From NCBI GenBank assembly GCA_951406725.2, contig OX597825.1, positions 20,088,001-20,152,000 of the forward strand: a DNA stretch of 64,000 bases. The letters run 5' to 3'. This document shows positions 25,568-37,971 of this stretch, one piece after another; the first letter of the stretch is position 1; the number at the start of each line of letters is the position of its first letter. The position numbers and the translations under genes are program-made. The notes beneath the pieces are model-generated. The model was not told the DNA's origin. It ran no database searches and saw only the letters and a program-made list of their open reading frames with translations. The DNA is from Octopus vulgaris (taxonomy: Eukaryota).

Positions 25568-26878
25568 TATATAAATGTAGTTGTACCTTTAATGTAGGAA
25601 ACCTGTGTTAGTGAGGGACATAGCAAAGAGGTAGACACCGTTGATAATCCGTGCAATGATGTTCGTTGCTGCGAGATTAATGTTGAAGGGAGAAAGATGA
25701 GAGAGAGACAGAGAGGTGATATGTTTTTCCTTTATTATATTGGTTGCTTTAGTTATGGCGTTTGTAAGATTGCCGTCACCACCAGCAACACTGTATGACT
25801 AACTTCATTATATGTTTTTTATATTTGTGAAGTTATTCGTACGGATATCCCATTGTTGTTGAGTAAAATTTGAAATAAACACTTAAATGTGTGTAGCACA
25901 TCAATCATTTCGAGTTTGTTGTGCCAGACTATAATAGAACATTAACTAAGAGAATTGACTTTACTTAAGACATACGTTTAACCTTTATGAACTTAATTGA
26001 AACGAATTCTAATTGATTTCATTGTATTTTTATTGTAAGTTATCAAATACATTAAAAAAAAAAGTGGCTGTCAATCGATTTTTTTTTAATGTGAACTGCA
26101 ACATGTAAATTTAATACTGCATATGTGTATTTATAGATTTCGTAGTGATTTTACAGTGAAGATGAATAATTCATGCCTTCCATAGCGATAGAGAGGATGG
26201 AGAGGATCCTGGTGATGATAAAGAGATGACAGCTAAGGTTGCTTCTTTTTTATTTTTCATTGGACTAAAATTTATATTTTGAAAAAAATAAATGTAATTT
26301 AACATGAGAAGAGTTGGACCTGGATAGTCTCTTCGCATGTTTCAATATTTCAAAATTTAGTTGTTACCCTTTGTATTAGTAATGATGTTGATGACGGCGG
26401 TGGTGGTAACGATGGGAACGGTGTGGTGGTGGTGGTGGTGGTGATGCTGCTGCTGCTGCTGATATTGGCAATGGTGGTGGTGTAACTGGAGAATTGTCTT
26501 TCTTTACTTTTGCAGGGTTGGCGTCAATTACAGATAGCGCAGCGGTTATTTAGTGTACATAATCCTGAAAATAGTTAAAATTGAGGCTTCCTTTTCTTCT
26601 CTGCTTCGGAGATTTTTTAATTTTCTTTACAATAATTTTTGTGTAAAAATAACTGGAGTTTTTTTTTATTACTTTACAATAATTTTAGTACAAAAATAAC
26701 TGGTGTTTGTTTATTATTTCTTAATTACTTAATAGTAATTTTAGTATAAAAATAACTACGTCTGGGTTCCTATGAACATTCCACAGATCCATCTAGTCTT
26801 AATAAAGTGACATATTTGGGAGTGTAGTCGGAGGTACCTTATTCCAGAAGTCAAAATGGGAATTAGTTGAATTGAATG

Positions 26879-27692
26879 TCTTTTACCATCACTCTGCTCG
26901 AATACCATAACTCTTTTACCATCACTCTGCTCGAATACCATACCTCTTTTAGAATCACTCTGCTCGAATACCATAACTCTTTTACCATCACTCTTCTCGA
27001 ATACCATAACTCTTTTACCATCACTCTGCTCGAATACCATAACTCTTTTAGAATCACTCTGCTCGAATACCATAACTCTTTAATCATGACTCTGCTCGAA
27101 TACCATGACTCTGCTCGAATACCATAACTCTTTTACCATCCCTCTGCTCGAATATCATGACTCTTTTACCATCACTCTGCTCGAATACCATAACTCTTTT
27201 ACCATCACTCTGCTCGAATATCATAACTCTTTTACCATCGCTCTGCTCCAATACCATAACTCTTTTACCATCACTCTGCTCGAATACCATAACTCTTTTA
27301 CCATCACTCTGCTCGAATACCATAATTATTTTACCATCACTCTGCTCGAATACCATAACTCTTTTACCATCACTCTGCTCGAATACCATAACTCTTTTAC
27401 CATCGCTCTGCTCGAATACCATAACTCTTTTACCATCCCTCTGCTCGAATACCATGACTCTTTTACCATCACTCTGCTCGAATGCCATAACTCTTTTACC
27501 ATCGCTCTGCTCGAATACCATAACTATTTTACCATCGCTCTGCTCGAATACCATAACTCTTTTACCATCCCTCTGCTCGAATACCATGACTCTTTTACCA
27601 TCACTCTGCTCGAATACCATAACTCTTTTACCATCACTCTGCTCGAATACCATCATTCTGCTCGAATACCATAACTCTTTTACCATAACACT
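26879..27692. repeat. 33-bp minisatellite, about 24 copies
   Basis: Unit ccataactcttttaccatcactctgctcgaata, head to tail with point variants and two short (~18-bp) units. No spacers. Confidence 0.97.
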
Positions 27693-28516
27693 GTTTCGAG
27701 AAAAAGATAAATCAAGAAGAACATTCTCCAGTCGAACCACATGTTAGAAAGTGTCTGTTCAACTTGTTAGAAATCGCAGTCAACTGTGTCTGAGATCACT
27801 TTAAAGTCTTATAAACGGGAAGGGTCAAATTGTACCAGGTAGTCCCTAAAACATGATGGAGAGTAGTAATTTCTAGAATGTGACACAACACCCAGTTTCT
27901 GCGAATCTATAAAAATATATTTTTAACAAAACTATATACATAAACAGATTCCAAAATGTAATTTACCGTATCAACAAATATATTATATATATTTTCTACA
28001 CTGTAACGTTTCCAAAGACAATTTCTGAAATTATCTTTGAAATTGATCAGCGTGAATAATTCTTTGAATGCTATAAATAATGTAATCATATTGTCTGTCT
28101 AATAAATAACATAATCGTGGTAAGTTGCTCAATTCTTCAAACGGTTACGATTCCCCACTGGAACCGTTTTCAATTTTTCTGTTATCATTGCACTGTAATT
28201 TCACCTGTAGACAAGCCAAGTTAAGGGGAGGTTCTCATATGATCACTAGACTTTGCGACAACTAGTATACTTATCATTTTTAAAATCACACGCTAGCATC
28301 TGAAAAATATAGAGGACATATTAGATAATACGTAGCTTCTCATATACGCAGTCTACTGTTATAGGGACACACCCGGCACTTAACGAGCTACACTTGTCGT
28401 AATATACCACATTTTGCCTGTTTCAAATACCTCTAAAATCAACAACGAGATGGAGAAATCGAGAAACATAGATGAAGCACATATCAAAGAATTATCGATA
28501 TTTAACCCACCAAAAA

Positions 28517-28718
28517 AAGCTGGCAGAATGGTTAGCACAGCGGGGAAAATGCTAGGCAGCATTTCGTTCGTCTTTACATTCTGAGTTCAAATTCCAGCAA
28601 GGTCGACTTTGCCTTTCATCCTTTCGGATCTGATAAAGTAAGAACTAGTTGAGCGCTTGGTTCGATGAAATCCCTTAACTATCCCAAAATTCCAGACCTT
28701 GTTTCAGATCTTGAAACC
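28517..28718 (+). mobile_element. SINE family B, older copy
   Basis: agctggcagaatggttagcac…gagttcaaattcc…gtcgactttgcctttcatcctttcgg. Confidence 0.8.
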
Positions 28719-29543
28719 GATAGTCAATTCACACACACATGTGTGTGGCCGTGTACAGGTATGCGATTTTAAAGCGTAACGCGTGTAATTAAAGCAATGG
28801 TTACATATATCCGTAGCAACAGGATATATCTGCATGGTGGTGTATATGAATGTGTATATATAGGTTGCTTAAATTAATGTGAAATCACGACACATTGATA
28901 TCGGCCATTCTTCAAATATCAAAAACGTAAACAAAATCTGTTACTGAATTATTCGTCCCCTTCACTAAATTACGTATGCTACAATCCGACCAAAACGTTA
29001 CGCATTATCTTTCACTAACAGCACCAACTACACATTCTTTTCCACTTCAAACAAATGAGTTCTCAACATCAAATCTATGGCCCAGTAGTCTTGATGAAGC
29101 TACACTCTACTCAGACTTTATGCCGAAAGGAGTGACAGCAATTCTGTGGATTTGACTCTGTGAAGAGTCACTTCTCTCAACAACAAATTCTAATAACTCT
29201 GGCTCAAAGCTTCGCCAACTAACTCTTACAAATATAACTTCTTTGTCTACCTAATCACTGAATACATCCAAGCATGAACCACTCTTCAACGATTACACTT
29301 CTTATATCGAAAATATATTATTTCACCGTTCCACGGAGTCATTGTGACCGGTGATTATGTTTTTATATGATTCTTCTTCGTTTACATGTACCAAACTGAA
29401 TGACATTTTGTGTTACTGCCCTGGATAGTGATCGTTGAATATTAACAGATGTTACGTCTTGTACATCTGGAATAACGACATTGTACCGCAAAAATCTGGA
29501 TATCAAAGAGCTAATTTATTCAGTGGATTTTTTCTTCTCCTAT

Positions 29544-29578
29544 GTTTCCGACGAAGAGCTCAGCTCGAAACGTTAAAC
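29544..29578 (+). ncRNA. Minimal type-I HHR motif (35 nt, U4C core variant)
   Basis: GUUU-CCGACGA-a-GAGC-uca-GCUC-GAAA-CG-UU-AAAC. All three stems are consistent and stem III is the palindrome ACGU. The host element's downstream part recurs inverted at ~54735-54812. Confidence 0.65.
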
Positions 29579-29666
29579 CCTCCTCCTTTCATGAGAGTCC
29601 AATAATACTATATTCATTCCACGTCCTCGCGTTGTTGTGTTTTTTTTTTTGCTTTCTTGTTTGGAT

Positions 29667-29743
<77 letters not shown>

Positions 29744-29842
29744 ACAGCACATCGAATGTCATGGCTTACTATTACTGGTACCAATCCTATTCAGACTAAT
29801 AACGGAGGATAATTCCTCTTCGAACAATGTCATATTTATAAA

Positions 29843-29929
29843 CCCTGAAGGGATTATACTAATAATGCATAAATCGCTGTATATAAATAAGTAACAATAT
29901 GCAATTAGTGCGATCGAAACAAGTGTCGG
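29843..29929 (+). ncRNA. Type-I HHR motif with long stem II (A9G, probably decayed)
   Basis: CC-CUGAAGG-GAUUAUACUAAUaaUGCAUA…UAUGCAAUUAGUGCGAUC-GAAA-CAAGUG-UC-GG. Cleavage triplet GUC. Confidence 0.55.
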
Positions 29930-29995
29930 ACGATCATTGTAAATAAAACAAATAAACTTAAAGTTCGAATGTTCAAATTCTTCATTCCTTCATTA

Positions 29996-30026
<31 letters not shown>

Positions 30027-30143
30027 GGAAATGAAGAAAATGCCGACAAATAATTGAAGTAATTTAAGTAATTTAATTAGGTGAAAGTTCTTTTTACCGG
30101 TTGCGCATTTGTTATGCTTATCAATATATATATATATATATAT

Positions 30144-30548
30144 AGGAGTGGCTGTGTGGTAAGTAGCTTTCTAACCAACCATATGGTTCCGCGTTCAGTC
30201 CCACTGCGTGGCATCTTGGGCAAGTGTCTTCTGCTATAGCTCCGGGCCAACCAATGCCTTGTGAGTGGATTTGGTAGACGGAAACTGAAAGAAGTCTGTC
30301 GTATATATGTATATATATATATGTGTGTGTGTGTATGTGTTTGTGTGTCTGTGTTTGTCTCACTAGCATTGCTTGACAACCGATGCTGGCGTGTTTACGT
30401 CCCCGTCACTTAGCCGTTCGGCAAAAGAGACCGATAGAATAAGTACTGGGCTTACAAAGAATAAGTCCCGGGGTCGATTTGCTCGACTAAAGGCGGTGAT
30501 CCATCATGGCCGCAGCCAAATGACTGAAACAAGTAAAAGAGTAAAAGA

Positions 30549-30550
<2 letters not shown>
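30144..30550 (+). mobile_element. SINE family C, full length
   Basis: tRNA-like head (tggctgtgtggt…gttcagtccc), CORE-like cttgggcaagtgtctt, internal TA/TG microsatellite, tail ending (gtaaaaga)n. Confidence 0.9.
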
Positions 30551-30602
<52 letters not shown>

Positions 30603-30895
30603 CATGTATATCACCATTTCAAGACAATCTTTGGGAAATGGTGTCGTGCACAATCTCTCCAGTGCATATAATGCCTGATGAGAAACAGATATGGAGCGCA
30701 TCGAGATGCCCTTTTCATCAAGTACGGAGTCCATACCTAAATGGACATTACTGTGTTGATCTACCATTGATAATTTAAATGACATGTGCACCTCTGTATG
30801 TGTGCTTGTGTGTATGTGTGTGTTTGCGCGTGCAGATGGAAGTATGTATACACACACACACACACACAGATATATATATATATATATATATATAT

Positions 30896-31407
<512 letters not shown>

Positions 31408-31980
31408 ATATATATTTTTTTTCTTTAAGAAATCTCATTATTTGAAATATAAAAATAACTGAAAAGTATATAATTTCAAAAGAATAACATTCCAAAGACA
31501 GAGTTATGTTTCTTTAGATTAGATTTCGCATTTGAAATAGAACGAAAGAATTCCCTGTTTTGTTTTCGTCTTCGTTTCGTTTTGGCTTTTATTTTATTTT
31601 TTGATTTTGTTGTTTGTTTTTGTCTTGTTTTTTGTGTTCTTACTGTTTTTGTTTCCATATGTCATTAATGACTGCTATCATTCGAAGTAAGAACCATGTC
31701 TCATCTTGCTAAGAATTAGACTTCAAAGAATATATTCAAAGAAAGCACATACACTAATCAGCGACTTCGAAATTATGATTTATTTTTAAAAGAAGACACA
31801 TTAGTAAAGAAACTTAATATAATGCCTAATTTCAGACGTTGGTTGAACAACAGAAATAAGAGAGCAACAGGCAGAATGATATATATACACTATTATTGCA
31901 ACGTTTGGTTTTAGTAATTGAAATATAGTAATACAGTGGTTGTGAAAGGTTTACACATGCCTACTTAAAATGTATATATA

Positions 31981-32152
31981 GGCGCAGGAGTGGCTGTGTG
32001 GGAAGAAGCTTGCTTACCAACCACATGGTTCAGAGTTCAGTCCCGCTGCATGGTATCTTGAGCAAGTCTATTCTACTATAGCCTCGGACCGACCAAAGCC
32101 TTGTGAGTGGATTTCGTAGACGGATCTGAAAGAAGCCCCTCATATATATGTA

Positions 32153-32191
<39 letters not shown>

Positions 32192-32800
32192 CGCATAATA
32201 ACAAAGGGTAGAATTAATTAATTAAGAATTAATCAATAATTTCACCAAGTAGAATTCGGCATGAAAAAAGGACCATTTCACGGTAAACTTAAGTAATACT
32301 TAATAATTAGGGTTCAGCAAAGATTTGCTTTACCACATACCGAAGTTTAGAAATAGCGGGACAAAAAACCTTAGCTATTTCTTCTACTTTAAAAAGGGAC
32401 TCCCAGAGAAACCAAAATACTTGAAAACAATTCACACAGGCAGAGGGGAAACCAACGAAAATCACTCAATATCAATCAGAATTGTTTTCAAGTATTTTGG
32501 TTTCTCTGGGAGTCCCTTTTTTAAGTAGAAGAAACAGCTAAGGTTATTTGGGTGCTATTTCTAAACTTCGGTATGTGGTAAAGCAAATCTTTGCTGAACC
32601 CTAATTATTAAGTATATATATACATATATATGTACGTGTGTATGTCGTTTATAATTTTGCATGTCTGTGTTTATACCCCCTACATAGCATGACAACTGAT
32701 GGTGGTGCGTTTACGTCCCTGTAACTTAGTGGTTCGGCGAAAGTGCCCGATAAAATAAGTACTAGGCTTACAAACAATAAGTCCTGGTGTTGATTTGCTA
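31981..32800 (+). mobile_element. SINE family C interrupted by a fold-back element
   Basis: Head at 31981-32140 and tail at ~32660-32800 flank a ~430-bp insert within the internal TA tract. Confidence 0.85.
32298..32615. repeat. Near-perfect ~135-bp inverted repeat with 45-bp spacer
   Basis: tacttaataattagggttcagcaaag…gaaaacaattc (32298-32433) versus gaattgttttc…ctttgctgaaccctaattattaagta (32479-32615). Confidence 0.95.
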
Positions 32801-33206
32801 TTGATAATGAAACATGTTTATGGTTAATCTATAATTTTGTTACTTTTCATTTGTCTTGCTCGCTTAAGTTCTTGTGTTTGCTAAATTTTCTTGAGAACAT
32901 TCCTTAGTGGTAAGGCCATAGCGGGTCTACTTCTAGCATAAAGGGTTGTCCACAAAGCGGTCATCCCTCTCATAAGTATATATTGCAATTTTCTGAACCT
33001 TCAGATTTTATTATGCTAGAACACTGGTTTTAAATTGATATTAATCTAATTAATATCCAATGTTTCACCCTCATTTCAAATTTAAATATATATATAAATA
33101 TATACAATAAAAGGCTTCCAAATAAGGAAGCGTAGTGCTAGAAACACAAAAAGGGATAAATTCATGAAAGGAATGAAAATTCAAAACACTTGCCATCTCA
33201 GCTATA

Positions 33207-33282
33207 TCCCAGACCGAACGGTTTCTACCTATTTTTAGCAAACACACAGAATATATTTGCCAGGCCAGGTTCTTCAGTGGGA
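33207..33282 (-). ncRNA. Type-I hammerhead ribozyme motif, intact core
   Basis: Minus: UCCCA-CUGAAGA-ACCUGgccUGGCAAAUAUA…UGUGUUUGCUAaaaaUAGGU-a-GAAA-CCGUUCGG-UC-UGGGA. Stem I is 5 bp, stem II is long, stem III is ACC/GGU, triplet GUC. Confidence 0.8.
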
Positions 33283-33418
33283 AGCCTTCGTAATCCTAGA
33301 CGCACATACTGTAGGCCACTGGTAATAATAATTTATTTTATCACCCTATTTTGATTATGTTTATATAAATATATATAAATATATATAAGCGAGAATGAAG
33401 CAACAAGAATGGATAGGT

Positions 33419-33509
33419 TTTTAGTACAATCGTTTCATACAAGGACAGGTTTTATTAAAAGTTGCAAAAATTACAGCATATAAACGTGTCCCGTACTCAT
33501 CAGCTAAAA
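33419..33509 (-). ncRNA. Type-I hammerhead ribozyme motif, intact core
   Basis: Minus: UUUUAG-CUGAUGA-GUACGGGACA…UGUCCUUGUAU-GAAA-CGAUUG-UA-CUAAAA. Stem I is 6 bp, stem III is the near-palindrome ACGAUUGU, triplet GUA. Confidence 0.8.
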
Positions 33510-33685
33510 TACATATATATAAATATATATATATATATATAATTTACGGAGATGTACTTCCATAGCAAGTGACCTGATGTGAGATGGTGTGCTGAAACAA
33601 AAACAACTGCAGCGTGGAAGGTGTTTATAAGCCATTTCAAAACACACAAAAACCGTTAGATTCACTTCAATATTTAATTTAAATT

Positions 33686-33732
33686 TGCCCAAATATTTTC
33701 GTCGCTTCGAAACTGCGACCTGATCACTGACA
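33686..33732 (-). ncRNA. Type-I HHR motif with G3:C8 core swap
   Basis: Minus: UGUCA-GUGAUCA-g-GUCGC-aguuucgaa-GCGAC-GAAA-AUAU-UU-GGGCA. The sister copy at ~10856-10873 has UGACA, which would restore stem I. Confidence 0.65.
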
Positions 33733-33795
33733 AAATTCCGTGCTGCATCTGAGAAGGTAACGGCTTGTGCATCCCACTGATGCAATGCTGAGACG

Positions 33796-33943
<148 letters not shown>

Positions 33944-34029
33944 GTATATAAAACCAGCTAAAACCCTCTGTGTATTTATTTTATGTAGTTGTCTGGGGTT
34001 TTTTTCTAGTTTCTTAGTGAAATTTTGTG

Positions 34030-34450
34030 TCGCGTAATAATAACCTCATCAGCAATACCATGTCTTAAGTATCGTTTCCTAATTTTATTTTCAAATGTAA
34101 TAAACCCTTTATTTATTTCAATTATTAGATTCAAATTTTTTGCTTTGGGAACGTTTCTCTTACCTTTTCAATATTCAGTTCAACACTGTCAGTGCAAAAA
34201 TTAGGCTTCCTGTTGAAAGTTTTGTTACCGTAAATGACATTGTAAACGCTATTGATACAAATATAATTTTGTATCAACAATGTTAACAAAGCTATCTTTT
34301 GATGAAGTTCTTTTGGTCTTCCTATGTACAAATATCGGGAGACGAACCTTCCTTTACTCGTTGAACAAGATTAGAGCTAGATATTCCAGCCAAGTTGAGT
34401 TTTACAATAGATTTATCAATATTCTTAGTTTTGAGTCATTCCAAGTGTAA
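34030..34450 (-). pseudogene. Possible decayed Penelope-like GIY-YIG endonuclease remnant ending in an HHR-like core
   Basis: Minus: ISSSNLV…(frameshift)…YIGRPKELHQKI (cf. SxNxVY…YIGxTxxLxxRx). CUGAUGA follows at 34052-34046 with a decayed stem II and GACA in place of GAAA. Confidence 0.35.
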
Positions 34451-34591
34451 ATGTTCCGCTGTTATTCAAAAGGTGGCTTTAAAATCATAACATTAATTTG
34501 ATATAGGCATTTATATATATATATTTCTGTGCGCATGTGTGTGATATAAATACACACACACATATATACATGTATATATATATACACGTAT

Positions 34592-34655
<64 letters not shown>

Positions 34656-35844
34656 TATAAATATTTTATATTTGTGCATGTATCTATGTATGTACTTTTG
34701 CAATTATGTATATAGGAAGAGTTTAGTAGCTTTAGTCAAATTTCCTTTCATAAAAGTTTTTTCAGACTCAAACGCATTTGATCGTCGATTTCGTTCAATA
34801 CTCAACATTTAAGTTGCTGAAAGGTCAAACACTTTGTATGTCTATGAAAACTATAGTAACACAAATTCTAGCTAAATTGTTTCTTCATATAGATAATACC
34901 GTTTCTACTCACCTAGGCCCAGAAACAGCTGTAAAGGATTCCTAATATTCTCCTCTCTCTTATGTATGATGTTCAAATATCCACTCATCACATATCTATG
35001 AAGAACTCTTACAAAAAATGTACTCCGATTATCCTCCCTTTTACCTGTGATATTAGAGTATTAACTTTCAGTCTATATATGTATGAAGAACTATAATGGA
35101 CCTCTCCTTCTTTTATCTTTCTTCCCTGCTTAATCATATATATACTTACCTCCTGTATAACTAATTTATAAAGGATTCGATATCATTAGCAACTGTTTGC
35201 CCATCTTTTATTTTATTGTACTTTCGTAGTCTCGAATTGCTTTCGAGCACATTGCTTTCGATCAACATCTGCTTACCGGGATGCCCGATTGACGTTGGAG
35301 TTTTGATATTTGACCTCAAATTGGCGATAACTGTTATAAGATTCTTTTAACGTATTCTATTAATCTTACACATTATACGAGTATTCTTACCTATATATAT
35401 TGAACTTTCACTACATCAAGATACACTTGACCTGACGAGTAACCTGCGGTCTTCAACCACTTCCGAGATTCCACTTGCTGTGAAACAAACATAGCCCGGA
35501 TCTTATCGGTTCCATTCCTTAACTCTTGTATTCTTAATCGCATCCTGGTAACCCTAGTCGACTACTATGAAATATAAAAGAACTTTTTCAGTTTATCGTA
35601 CTTCGGTACGAAGAAATCCACAACCTTACGTCTCAATAAACCATTATTGACATAAATTAACATAAATCGTAATGCATCTGATCACTCACTAAGGGCAAAG
35701 TATTTTGTCTCTACTCTACAACCCAACGGGGTCGTCCCATTATTTGGTCCCGTTCTAGGTCTGGTATATCGATATTTTGTTCCAGTCAAAATATCATAAA
35801 ATCCTGTACAACCCTATGTATTAACAGGTTTATATAGTTTGTAC

Positions 35845-36165
35845 TGTGTCGGTTACGACGATAAGAGTTCCGATTGATGTGATCTACGGAACAAGCTGTG
35901 CGTGAAATGAAAGAGCAAGTGGTTGGTTGAGCACTCCGCAGATACGCGTACACTTAACATAGTTCTCAGGGAGATTCAGCGTGACACAGAATGTAAGAAA
36001 TCTCTCCCTTTGAATTAGCGTTACAACTCATTTTCGTCAGCTGGGTAGACTGAAGTAACTTGAAATAAAGAGTTTCGTCCAAGGACAAAACGCGCTGCTT
36101 TATTAATCGAATTCAGGACCTTACGAATGTGAGCCGATTACACTAACCACTGAGCCACGCACCGT
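35845..36165 (-). mobile_element. Old SINE family A-related copy
   Basis: gtcggttacgacga…acggaaca…gagcactcc…gtacacttaacatagttctc…ctaaccactgagccacgc is a diverged reverse complement. Confidence 0.75.
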
Positions 36166-37596
36166 CACTAGCAGATTTATATATTCATATCAAATATACA
36201 TGCGAGAGCTTTTGCATCATGAGTGCATTTTTAATGTATTAAGAGACAAAATACACCCATAATCAAACGCATACAAATACACACACGTACAGGCATTTTC
36301 ATGTGGACATACTCACATAAGTATGTGTAATGCTTACCGCATCACGCACCCTTTCATTGTGTTTGTGTATGTTATATATATATACATACATAGACACACA
36401 CATACACATACATATCTATCTACCTATCTATCTCTCTCTATATATATATATATATGCAGATTGATAGATAGGTAGATAGATATGTATGTGTATGTGTGTG
36501 TGTATGTATATATATATATATATATATATACGTACGTATATATTTCTACATGTATATAGTTCAGTTTGTTAGGATTGTCGATATTTTGAAGGCACTTGAT
36601 ATAAGAGATATGCATTTTGTTTTCTTTTATATTCAATTGATTATGAAATATATTCTAAATGCCTTTCAAATCTGATATATAAAACCGTAAATTTACAATT
36701 ATTTTAATGGTTTCACAAAAAGTAAGCTTACAGATTTCGTATGGTATAGTAGAAGTTATTACAGGCTATTATCCAGAACCCTTTCATGTGTACAGCGTGG
36801 TATTGCTTGAAGAGACTTTCCAAACATCTATCACTGAAGCAATAATTCCAAATTTGATCCGAGGAAGATAATATACATTGTCACATTTATAATCTGCATT
36901 TTGGAATATTTATATATTTTCTTTCTGTGTAGGTTCGACATAATATTCATTCCTTAATTATTATACATGTTTCTCATGTAAGTCTTAATAAACATTGCAG
37001 TGTTTCTCTGATCGTATCGTCTTTTCTGGCATTTTATTATTTGCATGTACTTAGAAAGCATTCAAAATTTGTTGTACTTTTAAATTTTTATGTTCTCGTG
37101 AAAAATGCTGTCGATGGTAAATCTGATGTAAAGAGGGATTTCAAACAAAACAATCGAGAGTTTGTATAAATTCGTCGGAAATGTTCAAACTGCATTCAGT
37201 AATATTGTCGATTTATTCCACAAAAGGTCTACTGCACTCGGTTGTATATAGAAGCGGTGGCGCCACTCATACTTATGGAGGATCGATTGCCCGATAAAAT
37301 TAATAAATTCCAAGGTTTTTGCTTCCATGTATCTCGTACAGATTAACCGACAAATAGAACTGAGAAATTATTAAATGATGAAAGTGTTTTATGAACAAAG
37401 TCTTCAATATTTTGAACATATTTCTTCAGATTCGCCCTTTAGTAGTACTCATCTCTCGTATTTCCTTCCGACTATGTCTATAGCTAGAGCTACAACATAA
37501 CGTTTTGATTTTATGACGCCCGTAACATTTTCTGTAATGTAAATATATTTCGTTTCGAAAACACATGTAAATTTACGGAGGACCAAATATTACAAA

Positions 37597-37971
37597 TTTA
37601 TATATATATAAAGCTGAAGTTGTCTGTGTGTGGCAGGTTTTGTAGTCTTCAACTAACACTATCTCCTCCGAGAACCTGCGGTGCAAGTTGACCAAAATTG
37701 AGAGTATGATAGAAGAAGGCTTGCTCTTCATTCCGTAGAAGAGAAAATTCAAATCGGACCACAAATTATTTACATCAAAAAGGTACTATTTTTCTATGAA
37801 AATCCCTACTTTTTAGGATTTTTTTATTTGCTGTGTCGCCATTTGTCGGTGTATTTCAACAAGAAAAATGTTCACTTAAAGAGAATAACAAGCTACAAAA
37901 TTTTTAACTTTCAAAAATTCATATTCTAAAGGGTCGAAACAAATCCGAGCAACGCCAGGCAATACTGATAG
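37597..37971 (+). mobile_element. Non-autonomous Helitron
   Basis: 5' TTTATATATATATAAAG-like start. 3' hairpin ccgagcaacgccagg followed by ctgATAG|t (CTAG-like). Shares tgcggtgca…ttgaccaaaa and both termini with 50500-50880. Confidence 0.7.

Noticed and set aside
26150-26240. Plus-strand exon (…HSDREDGEDPGDDKEMTAK|gt)
   Set aside because: There are in-frame stops between the candidate acceptors and this frame, and the donor is weak.
26879-27692. CRISPR-like array of ~33-bp repeats
   Set aside because: The units are contiguous with no unique spacers, the context is eukaryotic and there are no cas genes.
29090-29150. UUGAUGA plus hairpin as an HHR
   Set aside because: A stem II-like pairing is present, but there is no GAAA, stem III or cleavage site.
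30671-30702. atgc-CTGATGA-GAAA…gcat as a hammerhead
   Set aside because: There is no stem II and no UH cleavage site before the putative stem I strand.
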